In this document: piece after piece, positions 45,263 through 48,773 of the stretch
Layout of the letters: each line of letters begins with the position of its first letter
Numbering within the stretch: position 1 is the stretch's first letter
From: a virus
Lineage: Duplodnaviria; Caudoviricetes
Reading direction: 5' to 3' (one strand)
Length of the DNA: 48,773 bases
IMG/VR virus record: IMGVR_UViG_3300037422_000199
Coordinates: 1-48,773 of that record
Program-made: the position numbers and the translations under genes
The notes under the pieces: model-generated
Databases searched by the model: none
What the model saw: the letters and a program-made list of their open reading frames with translations, nothing else
What the model was told of the DNA's origin: nothing

Positions 45263-45282
45263 CTTGACAGCCATGAGACACT
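45263..45282 (+). promoter_or_regulatory. Short-spacer promoter-like site CTTGACA-gccatga-GACACT at the head of the + arm
   Basis: 19/20 identical to the site at 1217-1236; upstream of the first + gene. Confidence 0.7.
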
Positions 45283-45340
45283 GGCAGCGCCGCGTCGGCC
45301 GAACGGTCCGACGGTCCCGAGCGTCAGGAGAGTGACACAC

Positions 45341-45652
45341 ATGACCGCCAAGCGGCAGTCCAGCACCACGGCGAAGCCGTCGCGCCCCACGACCTGTGGC
45401 GCGCTCTTCGAGGCGGGTGACGCGGAGCACGCAGCCGAAGGCTGCGGCAGGCTGCCTCGCCACAATGGCGACCACCGGCCCACCCTGACCCGCCCATCGG
45501 CCGTCAAGCCCGCGTCACGTCGGCGCACGACGAAGCGTCGGCCGCTCTCCGCCGCGAAGCGGCGCGAGCTGCGAGCCACGCTCGCCGCAGCCGTCGAGTC
45601 GGGCGAGATGAGCGCGAGTGAGGCGCTCGCCAGTTACGCGGCGGCCCTGTAG
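45341..45652 (+). CDS. Basic early protein with C..C..H..H motif
   Basis: AGGAG RBS; TCGA...GCGRLPRHNGDH. Confidence 0.65.
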   Translation: MTAKRQSSTTAKPSRPTTCGALFEAGDAEHAAEGCGRLPRHNGDHRPTLTRPSAVKPASRRRTTKRRPLSAAKRRELRATLAAAVESGEMSASEALASYAAAL

Positions 45653-45684
45653 GGGCCGCCCACCAGTCACGGGAGGCTAGACCG

Positions 45685-45987
45685 ATGGCACGCTACACAT
45701 TCGGTCCCGGCTCGCTGGAGGGCGTGACGCTCGCCGTCCGCCAGCGCAGGGCCGGCTATACGAGGCTCCAGTACCGCATCGTCGGCTGGTACCCCCTGTA
45801 CTGCGGCGCGGGCAACACGCATTACGCGGACGTCACGAGCCAGTGGGTCAACGGCGATGAGCTGTCCGGCCTGCTGCCGCTGACGGTGGACGGCGACGCC
45901 CACCGCGAGGACATCGCCCACGCACTGGTCGAATGGACTATCGAGGACTGGGAGGACCCCTGTGAGGCAGGAGGGTATGCGTCATGA
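45685..45987 (+). CDS. Hypothetical early protein
   Basis: GGGAGG RBS. Confidence 0.65.
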   Translation: MARYTFGPGSLEGVTLAVRQRRAGYTRLQYRIVGWYPLYCGAGNTHYADVTSQWVNGDELSGLLPLTVDGDAHREDIAHALVEWTIEDWEDPCEAGGYAS

Positions 45988-46253
45988 GCCCCACCACCGT
46001 CATCGACACCCCTCCAGTCACGCAGAGGAGTAGCCCCATGCCATCGATGCTCGCGACCGACCCGCACTGCGGTGCTCCCGGGTCACGGGGCCACGTGCCC
46101 TGCCGTCGGTGGGAGCCCTGCTCGGACCGACTTGCCGAGCACGCCGACGTGCTACTCGGCCATGACGACTCGTGCCTGACGTGCGGTGCGACGGCATCCG
46201 CGCTCACGTCACGAGACCGGGCCGAAGCCGAAGCCTACATCAAGGGAGTCTGA
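45984..46253 (+). CDS. Cys/His-rich hypothetical protein
   Basis: ATGA overlap; CLTCG. Confidence 0.5.
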   Translation: MSPTTVIDTPPVTQRSSPMPSMLATDPHCGAPGSRGHVPCRRWEPCSDRLAEHADVLLGHDDSCLTCGATASALTSRDRAEAEAYIKGV

Positions 46254-46254
46254 C

Positions 46255-46446
46255 ATGCATACCATCGACCTGACGCCCACGTGGTCCGGCCTGCTCCCGG
46301 CGCTGCTCGCCCTGCTGAGCGACGCCACGACCCCGGTCGAGACTCGCCGCATCATAGAGGCCGAGCTGGCCCGCATGGCCCGCGCCGCTGACGCGTGGAA
46401 CGCGCACGCCAAGAGCCTGAAGGGGGAGGCCCACGATGAGGACTAG
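46255..46446 (+). CDS. Small conserved phage protein
   Basis: GGGAG RBS; TIDLTPTWSGLLP...ELARMA..AD. Confidence 0.7.
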   Translation: MHTIDLTPTWSGLLPALLALLSDATTPVETRRIIEAELARMARAADAWNAHAKSLKGEAHDED

Positions 46447-46663
46447 CCCATGGGTGACCCGCGCGCAGCGCGACCCAGGCCGCCACGCGTCACGCGAGGC
46501 GGAACCGACTCTCGGTGACCGGACCCCAGCCGACCGGCGACTATCGCGCGGCGAGCGGTACGGCCGTGACCTGTACGAGTACTGGGCCTCGCGCGGTCGT
46601 GACACGGGGTTACGCGAGGCCGACCGGCCGGGGCTTGACAAGTGCCGTAGGATGGCGCCATGA
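46436..46663 (+). CDS. Hypothetical protein
   Basis: GGAGG RBS; ATGA overlap with the next gene. Confidence 0.45.
   Translation: MRTSPWVTRAQRDPGRHASREAEPTLGDRTPADRRLSRGERYGRDLYEYWASRGRDTGLREADRPGLDKCRRMAP
46634..46653 (+). promoter_or_regulatory. Short-spacer promoter-like site CTTGACA-agtgccg-TAGGAT, leaderless
   Basis: -10 ends 6 nt before ATG 46660; no SD. Confidence 0.7.
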
Positions 46664-47295
46664 CCGATTACGCCGACGCCATCACCGCCACCTATCGCCG
46701 CGCATCGGCGGCGCAACTCGCGGCAGGGCGCGAGTGGTACCCGGCCGCTGGCCGCATCGTATCCGCCATCGCCGACGCGACCAGCTTCGACGTGGTGCGC
46801 GTGACGCACGCACTCGCCGCGCTAAGCCCGCGTAACCCTTGGCGCTGGAATGTTGCGGACTGCTACAGCTACGCCGTGGCGGCGCGTGACGGCGCTCCGA
46901 TGCCGCCCGCCACGACCTTCACGCGCAATCGGGAGCGTGCGTGGGCGGCGCTCGCGGGTGACAAAGTGTGGGCCGGCCCCGCGCTGAAGGTCCGGGCATT
47001 CGTTGCCGCCGTGACCGGCGACGACTCGGCCGTGGTCGTGGACATTTGGGCATACCGCGTGGCCGTCGGTGAGTCGCCCCGCAGCGGTTCGGTGCCGCCA
47101 TCCCGGTATCGGAGCATCGCCGAGGCCTATACGGATGCCGCCCGCAATGTGGGCGAGACACCGCGTGACCTGCAGGCCATCACGTGGGTCGTGGCGCAGG
47201 ATGAGGGGCTCGCGTCACGCCGCAGGGGCCGGCACGATGTGACGCATAAGGCGGGTACGCCGGACTTTGTCCGGTCGCTGCTCGATGCCGACTAG
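46660..47295 (+). CDS. DUF7178-like protein (possible HhH DNA glycosylase-like fold)
   Basis: GREWY; LAALSP..PW..N; KVRAF; VVVDIWA; Y..IAEAY; LQAITW. Confidence 0.75.
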   Translation: MTDYADAITATYRRASAAQLAAGREWYPAAGRIVSAIADATSFDVVRVTHALAALSPRNPWRWNVADCYSYAVAARDGAPMPPATTFTRNRERAWAALAGDKVWAGPALKVRAFVAAVTGDDSAVVVDIWAYRVAVGESPRSGSVPPSRYRSIAEAYTDAARNVGETPRDLQAITWVVAQDEGLASRRRGRHDVTHKAGTPDFVRSLLDAD

Positions 47296-47299
47296 GCCA

Positions 47300-47319
47300 C
47301 TTGACAAGCATGGGAGAAT
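47300..47319 (+). promoter_or_regulatory. Short-spacer promoter-like site CTTGACA-agcatgg-GAGAAT, probably leaderless
   Basis: Fills the 30-bp intergenic gap; -10 ends 6 nt before ATG 47326. Confidence 0.7.
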
Positions 47320-47325
47320 GATGCC

Positions 47326-47766
47326 ATGAAGCCGCTGACTCGCATCGCAACCTACACCGCCGAGCACGGCGGCGGCACGTTCGACGCACGAACGTTCGAG
47401 CCCGTAGAGCCCGCGAGCGGCTACGCCGTGGGGCTCGCGCAGGGCACGGCCGCCTATGTCTGGTGGCCGAAGGACGTGGACCGGTTTGCTAAGCGTGTGG
47501 CGCGTATGTGGAACGCGCCCTACGTGGGCACCTGGCACGACCCGGCCACCGGGTGGGTGGAGGTTGACCCGGTGGTCATCGTCGCCGATTACGCCGAGGC
47601 CATGAGCCTAGCTCGCCTCAACGGCCAGAAGGCCATCTACAGCTTCGCGACACGCGAGGCCATCCCGGTCAGGGCCAAGGGCGAGTGCGCCTGCGGTTCA
47701 CGCCTCACCATCGCCGACCGTGGTCCTCGCTGTCGGCAGTGTGTACTGGAGGGAAGACGCTCATGA
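47326..47766 (+). CDS. Conserved phage protein (GGGTF...GYAV...GTW.D...QKAIY)
   Basis: Motif pattern common in phage early regions; C-terminal Cys cluster. Confidence 0.7.
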   Translation: MKPLTRIATYTAEHGGGTFDARTFEPVEPASGYAVGLAQGTAAYVWWPKDVDRFAKRVARMWNAPYVGTWHDPATGWVEVDPVVIVADYAEAMSLARLNGQKAIYSFATREAIPVRAKGECACGSRLTIADRGPRCRQCVLEGRRS

Positions 47767-48020
47767 GGCCACGAGAAACGCTCGACGAGCTGTGCCGCCG
47801 GTACGGCTTTCAGGTGCTCATCCAGTCGCACGACGGGGGCTTCAACGTGTGGGTCACGACGCCTAGCGGGCAGCGCGTGACGTTCCGCGAGTACTGGGGC
47901 TCGCCCGCACTCGAAGACGCCATCGCGTATGTCCGCTCCGAAGCGGCGCTCATCGCCGAGCGTGAAGACCCGGACCACCCCTACGAGGGTGGACCCTACG
48001 TGAAGGGAGAGTGCGAGTGA
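47763..48020 (+). CDS. Hypothetical protein
   Basis: GGAGG RBS; ATGA overlap. Confidence 0.6.
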   Translation: MRPRETLDELCRRYGFQVLIQSHDGGFNVWVTTPSGQRVTFREYWGSPALEDAIAYVRSEAALIAEREDPDHPYEGGPYVKGECE

Positions 48021-48268
48021 GCGTCCACGCCATCTACCGGAACCGCAGAGCCCGGGTCGTGGGTGACTACACGCAGGACGAGCGCGGATGGGTCGGGGCC
48101 ATCCTCGACTACGGCGACGGCCTGACGTTCGGCGTCCTGTTCGGGGACCCGGCCCTGACCATCGAGCCGACCGACCTTGACCCGGATGAAGAGTGGGACG
48201 CGGAGTGGGAGGCCGCTGCGCCGTTCCTCCGCCCCACTGCCGGACACGCAGAAGGGAGGACCACGTGA
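48017..48268 (+). CDS. Hypothetical protein (allele B, complete)
   Basis: GGGAG RBS; GTGA overlaps; duplicated at the window start. Confidence 0.7.
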   Translation: MSVHAIYRNRRARVVGDYTQDERGWVGAILDYGDGLTFGVLFGDPALTIEPTDLDPDEEWDAEWEAAAPFLRPTAGHAEGRTT

Positions 48269-48773
48269 CCAAAGACGAATACGAACGACCTAACCTGCGC
48301 CATGCCGACCTGCGCTGGGCCGACCTGCGCCGGAGCGACCTGCGCGAGGCCGACCTGCGCTGGGCCGACCTGCGCGGGGCCGACATGGTCAGCGCTGCCC
48401 TGCAGGGGGCGGACCTGCGCGGGGCCACCATGCGAGTAGCTATCCTGAGCAGGGCCGACCTGAGAAGGGCCATCGTGCGCGGGGCCGACATGCTCCTGGC
48501 CGACCTATACGCGGCCGACCTGCGCGAGGCCGACCTGCGCGACGCCAATCTGCGCAAGGCCGACCTGCGCGATGCCGACCTGCGCTGGGCCGACCTGCGC
48601 GGCGCCGATATGACCGATGCCGACCTGACGGGGGCCGACCTGACGGGGGCCAAGGGTCTTGGCAAGCTCCGCGCCGGGCGAGGGAGTCATCCTATGACCA
48701 GCTGGTATGCGCCGCGCGACTCGGCCCACGCTCCCCTGGGCGGAGGCGACAGGTGCCTATGCGACGACTGCAC
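48265..48773 (+). CDS. Pentapeptide-repeat protein allele B, fused in frame to the MTSWYAP...CLCDDC ORF (runs off the end)
   Basis: Manual translation VTKDEYERPNLRHADLR...GAKGLGKLRAGRGSHPMTSWYAPRD with no stop; absent from the ORF track. Confidence 0.8.
   Translation, partial: MTKDEYERPNLRHADLRWADLRRSDLREADLRWADLRGADMVSAALQGADLRGATMRVAILSRADLRRAIVRGADMLLADLYAADLREADLRDANLRKADLRDADLRWADLRGADMTDADLTGADLTGAKGLGKLRAGRGSHPMTSWYAPRDSAHAPLGGGDRCLCDDC

Noticed and set aside
44460-45340. Protein-coding ORFs or an integrase/repressor switch in the divergent region
   Set aside because: ORFs are low-complexity Pro/Arg/Gly-rich, lack RBS and overlap iterons; no integrase or repressor HTH recognised anywhere in the window
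47637-48665. - strand ORFs with SASRR/AQVG repeats (also 71-552)
   Set aside because: Reverse-frame shadows of the pentapeptide repeats

Overview
The window is an apparently complete, GC-rich dsDNA tailed phage genome of about 48 kb. It is circularly permuted or terminally redundant: nt 1-105 equal 48039-48143 and nt 1076-1161 equal 48688-48773, with two different alleles of a pentapeptide-repeat locus between these anchors. The + strand arm (45341 -> end/start -> 9052) carries small early/middle genes: DUF7178-like, pentapeptide repeat, PD-(D/E)XK exonuclease, zincin, DUF4406, DUF5664, a cell-surface-anchored protein and a holin-like protein. The - strand arm (44407 -> 9343) carries SSB-like, DEDD exonuclease, prim-pol, D5/P4 helicase, VRR-NUC, terminase, portal, two giant probable ejection proteins, scaffold, capsid, baseplate/fibre and lysis genes. 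An iteron-bearing non-coding region (44460-45340) separates the divergent arms. I recognised no integrase, repressor, replicative DNA polymerase, tail tube or typical tape-measure gene. The host is probably a high-GC monoderm (Chloroflexota or Actinomycetota; inference only). The most unusual signals are: (1) five rightward promoter-like sites with TTGACA only 7 bp before a -10 element, about one helical turn shorter than canonical; (2) a ~290-nt highly structured RNA candidate with tRNA-like ends and its own extended -10; (3) one ~70-aa module inserted seven times into five consecutive virion proteins, including the major capsid protein; (4) two swapped pentapeptide-repeat alleles with different C-terminal fusions. 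All family assignments come from motif recognition by eye, not database searches.
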